Shown here: piece by piece, positions 7,562 through 15,554 of the stretch
Layout of the letters: each line of letters starts with the position of its first letter
Position numbering within the stretch: the stretch's first letter is position 1
Virus record (IMG/VR): IMGVR_UViG_3300029331_000006
Origin: a virus
DNA: 41,882 nucleotides
Strand: one strand, 5' to 3'
Notes under the pieces: generated by a model
The model's input: only the letters and a program-made list of their open reading frames with translations
Databases searched by the model: none
What the model was told of the DNA's origin: nothing
Translations under genes and position numbers: made by a program

Positions 7562-9040
7562 ATGAATGTAGCCCTGTATTTACGAAAATCGAGAGCGGAC
7601 GAAAACAATCCGCTTGAAACACTTGAACGTCACAAAGAAATTCTTCTTTCTTATGCAAAGGACAATAATTTAACGGTCATTGACATATTTGAAGAAGTGA
7701 TAAGCGGAGGAATGTTATACAACAGAACGGAAATGCTGAAACTGCTTGACGCTATTCCCTCGCACATATATGATGCGGTATTATGTATTGACCTTGACCG
7801 TTTAGGGCGCGGAAGTGCCGCAGACAGTGAAAAAATCTTTGACGTTCTTAAAGAAAATGACGTGAAAATTATTACACTCAAAAAAATATATGACCTCAAC
7901 AACGAGTACGACGAAGATTACAGTGAATTTGAGATGTTTATGGCTCGTAAGGAGCTTAAATTCATCACTCGCAGAATGAACAGAGGACGTATCAAATCAA
8001 TCAACGACGGTTGTTTTGTGTCGGGTGCTCCGTTTGGTTATCGAAATGCCGTAATAAATAAAAAGCACACGTTGGAAGTATATGAACCGGAGGCGAAATA
8101 TGTTCGTATGATATTTGATATGTATGTAAATCAAAGTATGGGTATTACTTCAATAAGCCGTCAGCTTGCAAATTTGGGTGTCTTGAGCAAGAAAAATACA
8201 CCGCTCCACCCCACCACAATCGCCCGTATGCTCCGAAATCATACTTACATAGGTAAAATAGTGTGGAACAAATCAAAGTCTGTTAAAGGCAAAAATACGC
8301 AAGAAAAAACGAGTAAAGATGATTGGTTATATGTTCCCGGACTGCACGAGCCGATAATTGACGAGAACACGTTCAATAAAGCACAAGATATTATAAATCT
8401 GAAATATAAACCGCCTATGCGTACAGGCACGTTGCAAAATCCGTTTGCAGGGCTTTTAAAGTGTGCTAATTGCGGTCGGGCAATAGTTATCAATACTTCT
8501 AACGAAACCGTTGAAAAATACCGTCTTTGTTGCCGTACACTTGGTTGTAATAAAGCCTCTGCATTAAGTATTGTAGAAGATAAGGTATTTGAAGTGCTTA
8601 CAAAGGAATTTAAAGATATTGAATTGTCTTTAAAAAATATCCGTCAATCGCATAATAAGGATAAACTTTCTTGTCTTGATACAATAGCCACTTTGGAAAC
8701 AGAATTAAAAAAACTTGATAAACAACAACTCCGCCTGTATGACTTGCTTGAACAGGCAGTGTATACAAAGGAACTTTTTCTTGAACGCAATAACGCAATT
8801 TCGGATAGACGAAAGAAAATTAATGCCACGATAGCACAGGAACGCGAAAAATTTAAACTTGTAGATACTTCTTCCATCGAAGAACGCCTCCCCCTTTTGC
8901 GTGAACTTCTCACCAATTACAACTCTCTTTCAGCCGCTGAAAAAAATTCTATTCTTAAAAATTTTGTGAAAAAAATTGAATATAAACGTGAAAAATCCGC
9001 TCCCGAGGGCGATATTTTCTTAAAAATCTATTATAAATAA
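7562..9040 (+). CDS. large serine recombinase (integrase)
   Basis: 492 aa. N-terminal resolvase-type domain (ALYLRKSRADE), recombinase domain, zinc ribbon (CANCGRAIV...CC) and a C-terminal coiled coil. Confidence 0.92.
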   Translation: MNVALYLRKSRADENNPLETLERHKEILLSYAKDNNLTVIDIFEEVISGGMLYNRTEMLKLLDAIPSHIYDAVLCIDLDRLGRGSAADSEKIFDVLKENDVKIITLKKIYDLNNEYDEDYSEFEMFMARKELKFITRRMNRGRIKSINDGCFVSGAPFGYRNAVINKKHTLEVYEPEAKYVRMIFDMYVNQSMGITSISRQLANLGVLSKKNTPLHPTTIARMLRNHTYIGKIVWNKSKSVKGKNTQEKTSKDDWLYVPGLHEPIIDENTFNKAQDIINLKYKPPMRTGTLQNPFAGLLKCANCGRAIVINTSNETVEKYRLCCRTLGCNKASALSIVEDKVFEVLTKEFKDIELSLKNIRQSHNKDKLSCLDTIATLETELKKLDKQQLRLYDLLEQAVYTKELFLERNNAISDRRKKINATIAQEREKFKLVDTSSIEERLPLLRELLTNYNSLSAAEKNSILKNFVKKIEYKREKSAPEGDIFLKIYYK

Positions 9041-9058
9041 CTTTTTACCCACCTTATG

Positions 9059-9096
9059 TATCTTGTTGCCATAGCTGTATAGATAACAACAAGATA
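9059..9096. other. Candidate attP core (10-bp inverted arms around an 18-bp centre)
   Basis: TATCTTGTTG ... CAACAAGATA. No T-run follows, so it is not a typical terminator. Lies between the integrase 3' end and the lysis side of the genome. Confidence 0.3.
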
Positions 9097-9103
9097 CCCA
9101 ACC

Positions 9104-9140
9104 AAAAAAGAACATAAGTATTTTGCCTATGTTCTTTTCT
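9104..9140. terminator. Bidirectional intrinsic terminator
   Basis: AAAAGAACATA / TATGTTCTTTT 11-bp stem with an A-run before it and a T-run after it. Sits between convergent genes. Confidence 0.7.
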
Positions 9141-9155
9141 AATTATATACACATA

Positions 9156-9509
9156 CTATTTATCACGAACTTCAAAAATTAAATCTCCTGGCTTTATATG
9201 CTCTGTATTTTTATCATTTTTTGATATTATATGTATTTGGGGTTGACTCTCTATTGCTTTTTCAGTTTCTGATATTCTTTTTACTAATTCCCTAAGTTCT
9301 TCTTGTGTTGTTTCTTTTGTGAGTTTTATTATAGCGTATGAATCCAATCCATTATGTATAATTTGAGCTTGTTGTATGTTTGAATCTTTTACTTGTTGTA
9401 TCTTGTTTGAATTAGCTACCATAATGCATTTAATTCCTATACCGCCTAAAACCACCCCACAAATTCCGACTATACTATTAATAATTCCTATTACATCTGA
9501 AATGCTCAT
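9156..9509 (-). CDS. N-terminally membrane-anchored hypothetical protein (moron)
   Basis: TM segment VIGIINSIVGICGVVLGGIGI. Has its own promoter and terminator; RBS AAAGGGGAA. Confidence 0.75.
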   Translation of the reverse strand: MSISDVIGIINSIVGICGVVLGGIGIKCIMVANSNKIQQVKDSNIQQAQIIHNGLDSYAIIKLTKETTQEELRELVKRISETEKAIESQPQIHIISKNDKNTEHIKPGDLIFEVRDK

Positions 9510-9554
9510 ATATTTATTTTCCCCTTTATAATCTCAATATATGTCTTTGATTTT

Positions 9555-9583
9555 ATATTATCATAAAATTAGGAGTTTTTCAA
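9555..9583 (-). promoter_or_regulatory. Near-consensus promoter of the 9156-9509 moron
   Basis: On the minus strand: TTGAAA (9578-9583), 17-nt spacer, TGaTAATAT (-10 at 9555-9560). Confidence 0.6.
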
Positions 9584-9589
9584 GAACTA

Positions 9590-9620
9590 AAACAAAATAA
9601 GGGTGGCATTACACCACCCT
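9590..9620 (-). terminator. Intrinsic terminator after the lysis genes
   Basis: On the minus strand: AGGGTGG-tgtaatg-CCACCCT followed by TATTTTGTTTT. Confidence 0.65.
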
Positions 9621-9625
9621 CAAAA

Positions 9626-10417
9626 CTACTTATTATACATACCACATCTGTGCTCACGACAAATTGTCCTTAAATCTTTGTAGGATAAACCTAAACGACC
9701 TTGCTCATCTCCAACTAATGCACCGTAATCCATAGCCGCTTGCACGGCTTTTCTTGCCCAATCGGGCATATTGTCGTCCACATAATCGTAAATCATTGTT
9801 GTTTGTACTACAGCGACCAACTGTCTGTTGACATCTTGTAAATCAGCGATTTTTGCCGCTTGTGCGTTAATTAAATCTTTTAGTTCATTGTACTGTGACA
9901 TAGTTAAATCCTCACTTCCTGTTAATCTTTTCTTAAAATTATCCCACAGCTCCGGCTGACGTACAAAAGGTTCGGGACACTTCTTGTCCCACACATCATA
10001 GTGTCGTAATACGTTTTCTACCGGCACACCGTATTTATTCATCAAATACCGTGTTAATTTAATTGTCTGTTCCACAATCCCGTCACGAATATAGTATTTA
10101 CCGTCCGCACCGATACGACTACACATTTCAATCGAAATACTGTTCATATTCCTGCAATACGGGTGTTTGTAATTTTTTGTACCACCGACAGCCCACGCCG
10201 CCCATTTATCGGGTACAGATTGATATATACCGTCATCACCGATAAAATAATGTGCAGACGCACCACGATTTGCACCGCTGAAATAATTGCAGTTGTTCAA
10301 TGCCGTATCGCCGTTATTTGACGTAAAATGAATGACGATATATTTAATATCGCCATTCCTGTATGTGTAGCAATTAGACGTGTGGCACTGCGGACCCTGT
10401 TTGATTTGAATATCCAT
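9626..10417 (-). CDS. endolysin, N-acetylmuramoyl-L-alanine amidase (Amidase_2/PGRP type) with a C-terminal binding module
   Basis: IVIHFTSN, ASAHYFIGDDG, SISIEMC and RHYDVWDKKCP motifs. The C-terminus is shared with the tail protein at 20424-21257. Confidence 0.92.
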   Translation of the reverse strand: MDIQIKQGPQCHTSNCYTYRNGDIKYIVIHFTSNNGDTALNNCNYFSGANRGASAHYFIGDDGIYQSVPDKWAAWAVGGTKNYKHPYCRNMNSISIEMCSRIGADGKYYIRDGIVEQTIKLTRYLMNKYGVPVENVLRHYDVWDKKCPEPFVRQPELWDNFKKRLTGSEDLTMSQYNELKDLINAQAAKIADLQDVNRQLVAVVQTTMIYDYVDDNMPDWARKAVQAAMDYGALVGDEQGRLGLSYKDLRTICREHRCGMYNK

Positions 10418-10419
10418 AC

Positions 10420-10827
10420 TTATTCCTCCGTATCATCTTCGCCACGTAATTGCAACAATATATCTTTCAACTTTTGTGGCATTCGCGGGTAAATCACCGC
10501 CACATTTTCCAACACGCTTATACCCTCATTGGCTATGTAAAACATAATGACAATCTCACGAATTGCGACGTTATCGCCTGTAATCTGTTGCAGAACATTT
10601 GAAAGTGCTACTATAATTAATATAGTAATCTTTTTGAGTAATCCTTTAAACCCAATCTCACTCGACATTGTTTTCGTGTAAATCGCCTTGATAATACCCG
10701 TCAAATAGTCCAACACCATTATCACTAACAACGCCCATAGGATGCTGTCCCACTTACCGAATAGGGCGGCAAAAAAACCACCCACAATTCCTATAACCGT
10801 ACTTGTCCAATTAAAAATCTTATCCAT
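10420..10827 (-). CDS. holin (Phage_holin_4_1 / TcdE-like family)
   Basis: GKWDSILWALLVIMVLDYLTGIIKA ... FYIANEGISVLEN, multiple TM segments, immediately upstream of the endolysin. Confidence 0.9.
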   Translation of the reverse strand: MDKIFNWTSTVIGIVGGFFAALFGKWDSILWALLVIMVLDYLTGIIKAIYTKTMSSEIGFKGLLKKITILIIVALSNVLQQITGDNVAIREIVIMFYIANEGISVLENVAVIYPRMPQKLKDILLQLRGEDDTEE

Positions 10828-10830
10828 AAA

Positions 10831-10974
10831 TTATTCCTCCATCATTTGCATTAATTCTTTGTATTCATCATCAGTAATACGTTCTGCAAGAAGAAACACG
10901 TCAAGTTTATCCTTCATCGAATTCTTATCATATCTACCGCTTGCAATTATTTTTTTACAATATCCATATGTCAT
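10831..10974 (-). CDS. XkdX-like small protein (47 aa, below the ORF-track cutoff)
   Basis: Hand translation gives MTYGYCKKIIASGRYDKNSMKDKLDVFLLAERITDDEYKELMQMMEE. RBS GGAGGA. Sits in the XkdX position before the holin. Confidence 0.6.
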   Translation of the reverse strand: MTYGYCKKIIASGRYDKNSMKDKLDVFLLAERITDDEYKELMQMMEE

Positions 10975-10990
10975 TGCTATTTCCTCCTAT

Positions 10991-11377
10991 TTATAATCCT
11001 AATTCCATCTTAGACATTCTGTAGTCCATATCAAGATTAAATTCGTCCTGTGCTTGTGGCAAAGACGCTTCATATGCCTCTTTACTGCCGTATGAAGCAA
11101 TTTCATTAATTTCTTTGTTAAAATCTTGAGTTTTCACTTCAAGACCACTCATATAGGAATACTGTTCATTATCAAGCTTTACCTTTGATATAAGTTCCAA
11201 AAGTTTATGCTTTGGTATAATTTGAGTTTCTAATTCAATTAACCTATCATCATTTACATAATAGTCTTTATCTACAAACTCTTTTTTGTCAATATCTTTG
11301 TAGTGACGTATAACTAATTTATAGCTATTTAAACATATTTGATTATTTATTATCGAAAAATTATCAATTATATCCAT
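10991..11377 (-). CDS. hypothetical protein downstream of the tail fibre (XkdW position)
   Basis: 128-aa ORF in the operon. Function not recognised. Confidence 0.7.
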   Translation of the reverse strand: MDIIDNFSIINNQICLNSYKLVIRHYKDIDKKEFVDKDYYVNDDRLIELETQIIPKHKLLELISKVKLDNEQYSYMSGLEVKTQDFNKEINEIASYGSKEAYEASLPQAQDEFNLDMDYRMSKMELGL

Positions 11378-11387
11378 TATGTCCCCC

Positions 11388-13325
11388 TTATCCCGTAATC
11401 ATTGTTCCTGTATTAACACTCCCTGTCGGAAATGATGTATAGGATTGTGAATACTGCATTGCATTGCCTATAAACTGTACTTTATTTGAATTAAAATTCA
11501 TTTCAGAACGTCCAATAAAAGTATTTCCTATCATTTGAGTTGGGCAAAGTATTTGGAGCTTGTAATTCTCGGACGAATTAACACCAGTAACCGTATTTAT
11601 GAAAAAACAACCTTCAATTTTACCAAAAGTCAAATATGTACTTGCCGTATAATTGATAGTGCAATCTCTTAATGAACATAACTTTTGCTCTGTGTTTGTG
11701 GTGTAGTGACATAATGAATGATTTCTATTTTTCAGAGTAATATCACACTCATCAATAGTCACTTTCCCGTTTATAAAATTTGTTCTACCATTACCTTGTC
11801 CCGTTAATTTACTATTTCGTATATACCCTGTTGCGTCAGTGTTATAAATAAAGTTTAAATCAGCACCACCTGCATTTATAGTTGACGAGCACTCATTCTG
11901 CAACGATACGGAGCTGTCATCTATCTCTATTTTGGTACAATCAATACCACAATAGCATATATAGCTTGTGCTATTTCTAATCCACAAATGAATTTCGCTT
12001 CTTTCCACTTTAAACAAACCAGATGACTTAATAGGTGTACTTCCCAAGTTCTGTGCTGTGGTAACATCTAATCTTGAAAACACATTATCAAAATATATAC
12101 TACCAGCCTCGATACATAATTGTGGTATTAACTCCATTGCAATATTCTCAAAATATAATGGATATGAAGCTTTTGAGTCAGAAGAACTGCTCCGTGAAGT
12201 TATGATACCGTTATTACTAAATTTTAATTTAGGTCTATCACCTGTTTGCTCACCTGATAGCTTACAAGCGTGATTACCGCTATACATATAAATGGGGGCG
12301 TCTATTGAATAGTTACCTTTTTTAAAAATTATCCGCGAACCATTTCTTGATGCATTTATAGCCTCTTGTATTACCTCAACATCGGACTTTCCATCAATTC
12401 CGCACATAAAATCAACATCACTTATTGAAGGAGGTATTCTGTAACCGTCAACATTAATTGTACCTACTACTATATTGCTGTGGTCGATTTTTCTCTTTTC
12501 GAGGGTACTTACCCATTCTGTACCATCATATATAAATTCAACAATTTCACCTGCTTCCCAAGAATTTGGGTATTGTTTATTTGTAGAGTTGTAACCACCA
12601 TTATAACCTTTAAAGACGCCGTACCCCTTGTATCTGATACTTTTAGCACCTGTATTATTTACATTTAGAGTGGCTTTTGTTGTTGAGTCATGTGCATATG
12701 TAAATTTGATAAACACACGCACACCTGTAACAAGTTTAAAATTTGTTATGGAAACTGTTTTTGCTACTGTACTTCCACTTGTATTGCATACCGCATAAGG
12801 TAGTTGTTGCCATACAGGAGCACCACTACCATTACTAATCAAATTATATCCGGTCGTTCCCGCACTTGTCGGCGCATACCACGACTTGCTTGCCGTTGCC
12901 GAACCGTTATAGCTCGTTGCTGAGCCGTTCATTGTCAGTGTCAATGAATTCGGATTTTGCATTGACGTTGGTTTGTTGGATAGGTCAGAATATGAACCTG
13001 TAAACGCTACCGTTTTTAAATCGGTAAAGAATTTCTTTATTTTTCCGAACAATGTGCTTAGCGTTTCACCACTCGCTATATTTACTCGTGTGCTTGCCTC
13101 TGTAAATGTCGGTTGTTGCAAATTCTTATCCGCCTCTGTTCTTGCGGTTTCTTCGTTTGACAGTTTTGACTGAATTTCAGTAATGCACTTACTTACCAAA
13201 CTCCAAAACCAATTAAAAACATTTGCCGACGGTTTATATCCGGCTTTAAATCCGTCATTTTTCAGACTATCGCTCGGCTCGGTGCCTGTATTCTTCCATT
13301 CAGGCAAACTATTATTAAAATTCAT
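11388..13325 (-). CDS. tail fibre / receptor-binding protein with a putative beta-helix (pectate-lyase-like) region
   Basis: N-terminus LPEWKNTGTEPSDSLKNDGFKAGYKPSANVFNWFW is typical of Firmicutes phage fibres. The central GKSDVEVIQEAINASRNGSRIIFKKGNYSI resembles the tailspike/pectate-lyase entry motif. Confidence 0.85.
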   Translation of the reverse strand: MNFNNSLPEWKNTGTEPSDSLKNDGFKAGYKPSANVFNWFWSLVSKCITEIQSKLSNEETARTEADKNLQQPTFTEASTRVNIASGETLSTLFGKIKKFFTDLKTVAFTGSYSDLSNKPTSMQNPNSLTLTMNGSATSYNGSATASKSWYAPTSAGTTGYNLISNGSGAPVWQQLPYAVCNTSGSTVAKTVSITNFKLVTGVRVFIKFTYAHDSTTKATLNVNNTGAKSIRYKGYGVFKGYNGGYNSTNKQYPNSWEAGEIVEFIYDGTEWVSTLEKRKIDHSNIVVGTINVDGYRIPPSISDVDFMCGIDGKSDVEVIQEAINASRNGSRIIFKKGNYSIDAPIYMYSGNHACKLSGEQTGDRPKLKFSNNGIITSRSSSSDSKASYPLYFENIAMELIPQLCIEAGSIYFDNVFSRLDVTTAQNLGSTPIKSSGLFKVERSEIHLWIRNSTSYICYCGIDCTKIEIDDSSVSLQNECSSTINAGGADLNFIYNTDATGYIRNSKLTGQGNGRTNFINGKVTIDECDITLKNRNHSLCHYTTNTEQKLCSLRDCTINYTASTYLTFGKIEGCFFINTVTGVNSSENYKLQILCPTQMIGNTFIGRSEMNFNSNKVQFIGNAMQYSQSYTSFPTGSVNTGTMITG

Positions 13326-13342
13326 ACATTTATTCTCCCCTC

Positions 13343-13897
13343 TTAAATATTTCCTAAGTAACCGCCGTGACCGTTACCATCGGCAAATCCTGTTTCAATG
13401 TTATAGTCATTTTCGTGGTCGGCAAATTCAAATGTTCCGCTATATTCATACGCATATAATACCGACAAATGTGCCGGTTTCAGATCCTCGATAATATTCT
13501 TAATCACACTTTCCGGCACATTCGGTTGATGAAAAATCACCGTAAAACTGTAATTCTTAATATCTTCGGTTATATCAACCAATACACCGTAACTCTCAAT
13601 TACCGCCCGCAAATTCGCCTTTGTTGAGGTTTGCGACCCTCTCATTCTTATTTTAATAAGGCTCTTTCGTGCCTCAAGGGTATTGCCGATTTCTGATATA
13701 CCCAAACTTTTTTCATATTCTCTTACGGCATCTTCATCGGCACTGTCAATAAATCTGTTTTTCATAAACATTTCTATCAACTCATACAAACGTTCAAATT
13801 CCGCATTGACGGGTGTATTTAATGCTTTTATATACCGTGACTTTTTATAGTACGACGGTAAATTCTGTCCTACATCAGCCAACGGTAACACCCCCAA
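13343..13897 (-). CDS. baseplate/tail protein, XkdU-like (DUF2313)
   Basis: Position after baseplate J; N-terminus LPSYYKKSRYIKAL. Confidence 0.75.
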   Translation of the reverse strand: MGVLPLADVGQNLPSYYKKSRYIKALNTPVNAEFERLYELIEMFMKNRFIDSADEDAVREYEKSLGISEIGNTLEARKSLIKIRMRGSQTSTKANLRAVIESYGVLVDITEDIKNYSFTVIFHQPNVPESVIKNIIEDLKPAHLSVLYAYEYSGTFEFADHENDYNIETGFADGNGHGGYLGNI

Positions 13898-14900
13898 GGA
13901 CAGCGATTTCAGTTTCGGATATTGCGATATTTTCTGTTTTTGAATTGATTTTCAAATTTGAATAATCGTCAACACCGTCTGTATTCAATATGGTTTGACC
14001 TATTTTTGCATACGACACATATCCGTTTGCAAAAGACACATCACGCAAATAATTTCTGATATTCGCTTTAATACTTTCAATTGTACTTTCGTCCACATCT
14101 GCCGAAAACGTAACATTTATACTTACTGTCGTTGCAGTTGTAACTGTTACATCTGCACCTATTGGGCATTGTTCATCTATATAACTCTGTACCTTATTTA
14201 TAAGCTCACTTCCCGCAAGTTGTTTTTCGCTGTCAACGATTATCACTTTAACCGTTCCCGCCCCGTTCCACAACGGCAAGCATTTTGCGTCACCCACTCC
14301 GTCAACTGATTTTGCCCAAGAGATATACTGCCACTTATTCCCGCTTGTTATAGGATGCGAAACATATTCGGTAAAACGCTTTCGCAGTTCAACATCACTT
14401 TCTTTGTCACTGCCTCCTGTGGTTGAAATTTCATTTGTTACGGATACAAGTCCTTGAATCGTAACCGGAAATCTGTTTATTTTCCCTTTTTCAACATTGC
14501 CTTTTACTCCGGCACTGTCACACACAATTCGTACCGTTACACTTCCGCCGTTTGGTATAATCGCATTTTCGGTTATATTAAATATAACATTACCCGCCGC
14601 CACCTTTTCACCGACAGACACTTTTGCTCCGACGTTACCGCTTACAGTCACATATCCTGTTGCATAGCTTGCCTCTTTGCGTTCCAATCCGAACTCGCCT
14701 ACACGCATATCAAGATACTTACCCGTAGCGGTTGACGCATAAAAATAGGAGTCAAGAGATGATATAATATCATAAACATTCTCAAACTCCGTTGCCGTTG
14801 ATTTTTCTATATCGTATGTATAAGTTCCCGATGACGTATCATATCTTGACGGTATCTGCAAAAGCATACGTTCAAGTATTGTATCAATAGTTTCAGCCAT
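13875..14900 (-). CDS. baseplate J-like protein (XkdT-like)
   Basis: 341 aa, with the size, synteny and sequence character of the Baseplate_J family. Confidence 0.88.
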   Translation of the reverse strand: MAETIDTILERMLLQIPSRYDTSSGTYTYDIEKSTATEFENVYDIISSLDSYFYASTATGKYLDMRVGEFGLERKEASYATGYVTVSGNVGAKVSVGEKVAAGNVIFNITENAIIPNGGSVTVRIVCDSAGVKGNVEKGKINRFPVTIQGLVSVTNEISTTGGSDKESDVELRKRFTEYVSHPITSGNKWQYISWAKSVDGVGDAKCLPLWNGAGTVKVIIVDSEKQLAGSELINKVQSYIDEQCPIGADVTVTTATTVSINVTFSADVDESTIESIKANIRNYLRDVSFANGYVSYAKIGQTILNTDGVDDYSNLKINSKTENIAISETEIAVLGGVTVG

Positions 14901-15286
14901 TATATCGCCCCCTTAACGTCATTTATATCGCCGTACACGCTGTTTACGGTAAAAGATACTGTAAGCAGTGAGCCGTCTACTTCCATATTAAAGTTATCAA
15001 TACTCACTATATCTTCATTTGCGGTAAGCATTTCGGTTATCTCGCGCTTGACTTCCGAACGGATGTAGTCACGATTGTAATTCTTTCCGACAAAAGTATC
15101 TTCTATATTTATACCGTATCCTGTACCGTTATAAATTTTATATCTGCCCTTTTGCGTATTGAGTATTTTTTGCACCCAATTTTTTATACGTTCCCTGCCG
15201 ACCGTCATTTTCGGACGACCGTTTATAATAATAAAATCGCCCTTTTGAAAATCAAATGCAGGTTCTGTTTTTGTGTAATCAGCCAT
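14900..15286 (-). CDS. baseplate wedge protein, XkdS-like (DUF2634, gp25/W-like)
   Basis: 128 aa, synteny between the XkdR-like and XkdT-like genes. Confidence 0.78.
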   Translation of the reverse strand: MADYTKTEPAFDFQKGDFIIINGRPKMTVGRERIKNWVQKILNTQKGRYKIYNGTGYGINIEDTFVGKNYNRDYIRSEVKREITEMLTANEDIVSIDNFNMEVDGSLLTVSFTVNSVYGDINDVKGAI

Positions 15287-15554
15287 TCTCCGTCACCCCC
15301 AACACCAAATATCTGTTATTGCCTCTGTACGGAATCATTGCAACTTCTCTGCCTTTATAAACATATCGTCCGTCAATATCCTGTTTGTATAAATCAATAA
15401 GACTTTTTATATGGTCCTTAGTCAGAATTATTTTAGAGGTGAATTGTATTTTAAGGTTCGGTAGCTCAATTATTTTACCGAATACGACAAAATCACTCGT
15501 TGCGTTTTCACGGTCCTTAAACATCTTTGCAAGTGTTTCGACTCCGTTTTTCAT
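15279..15554 (-). CDS. XkdR-like small baseplate protein (DUF2577)
   Basis: 91 aa; assigned by synteny. Confidence 0.72.
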   Translation of the reverse strand: MKNGVETLAKMFKDRENATSDFVVFGKIIELPNLKIQFTSKIILTKDHIKSLIDLYKQDIDGRYVYKGREVAMIPYRGNNRYLVLGVTENG

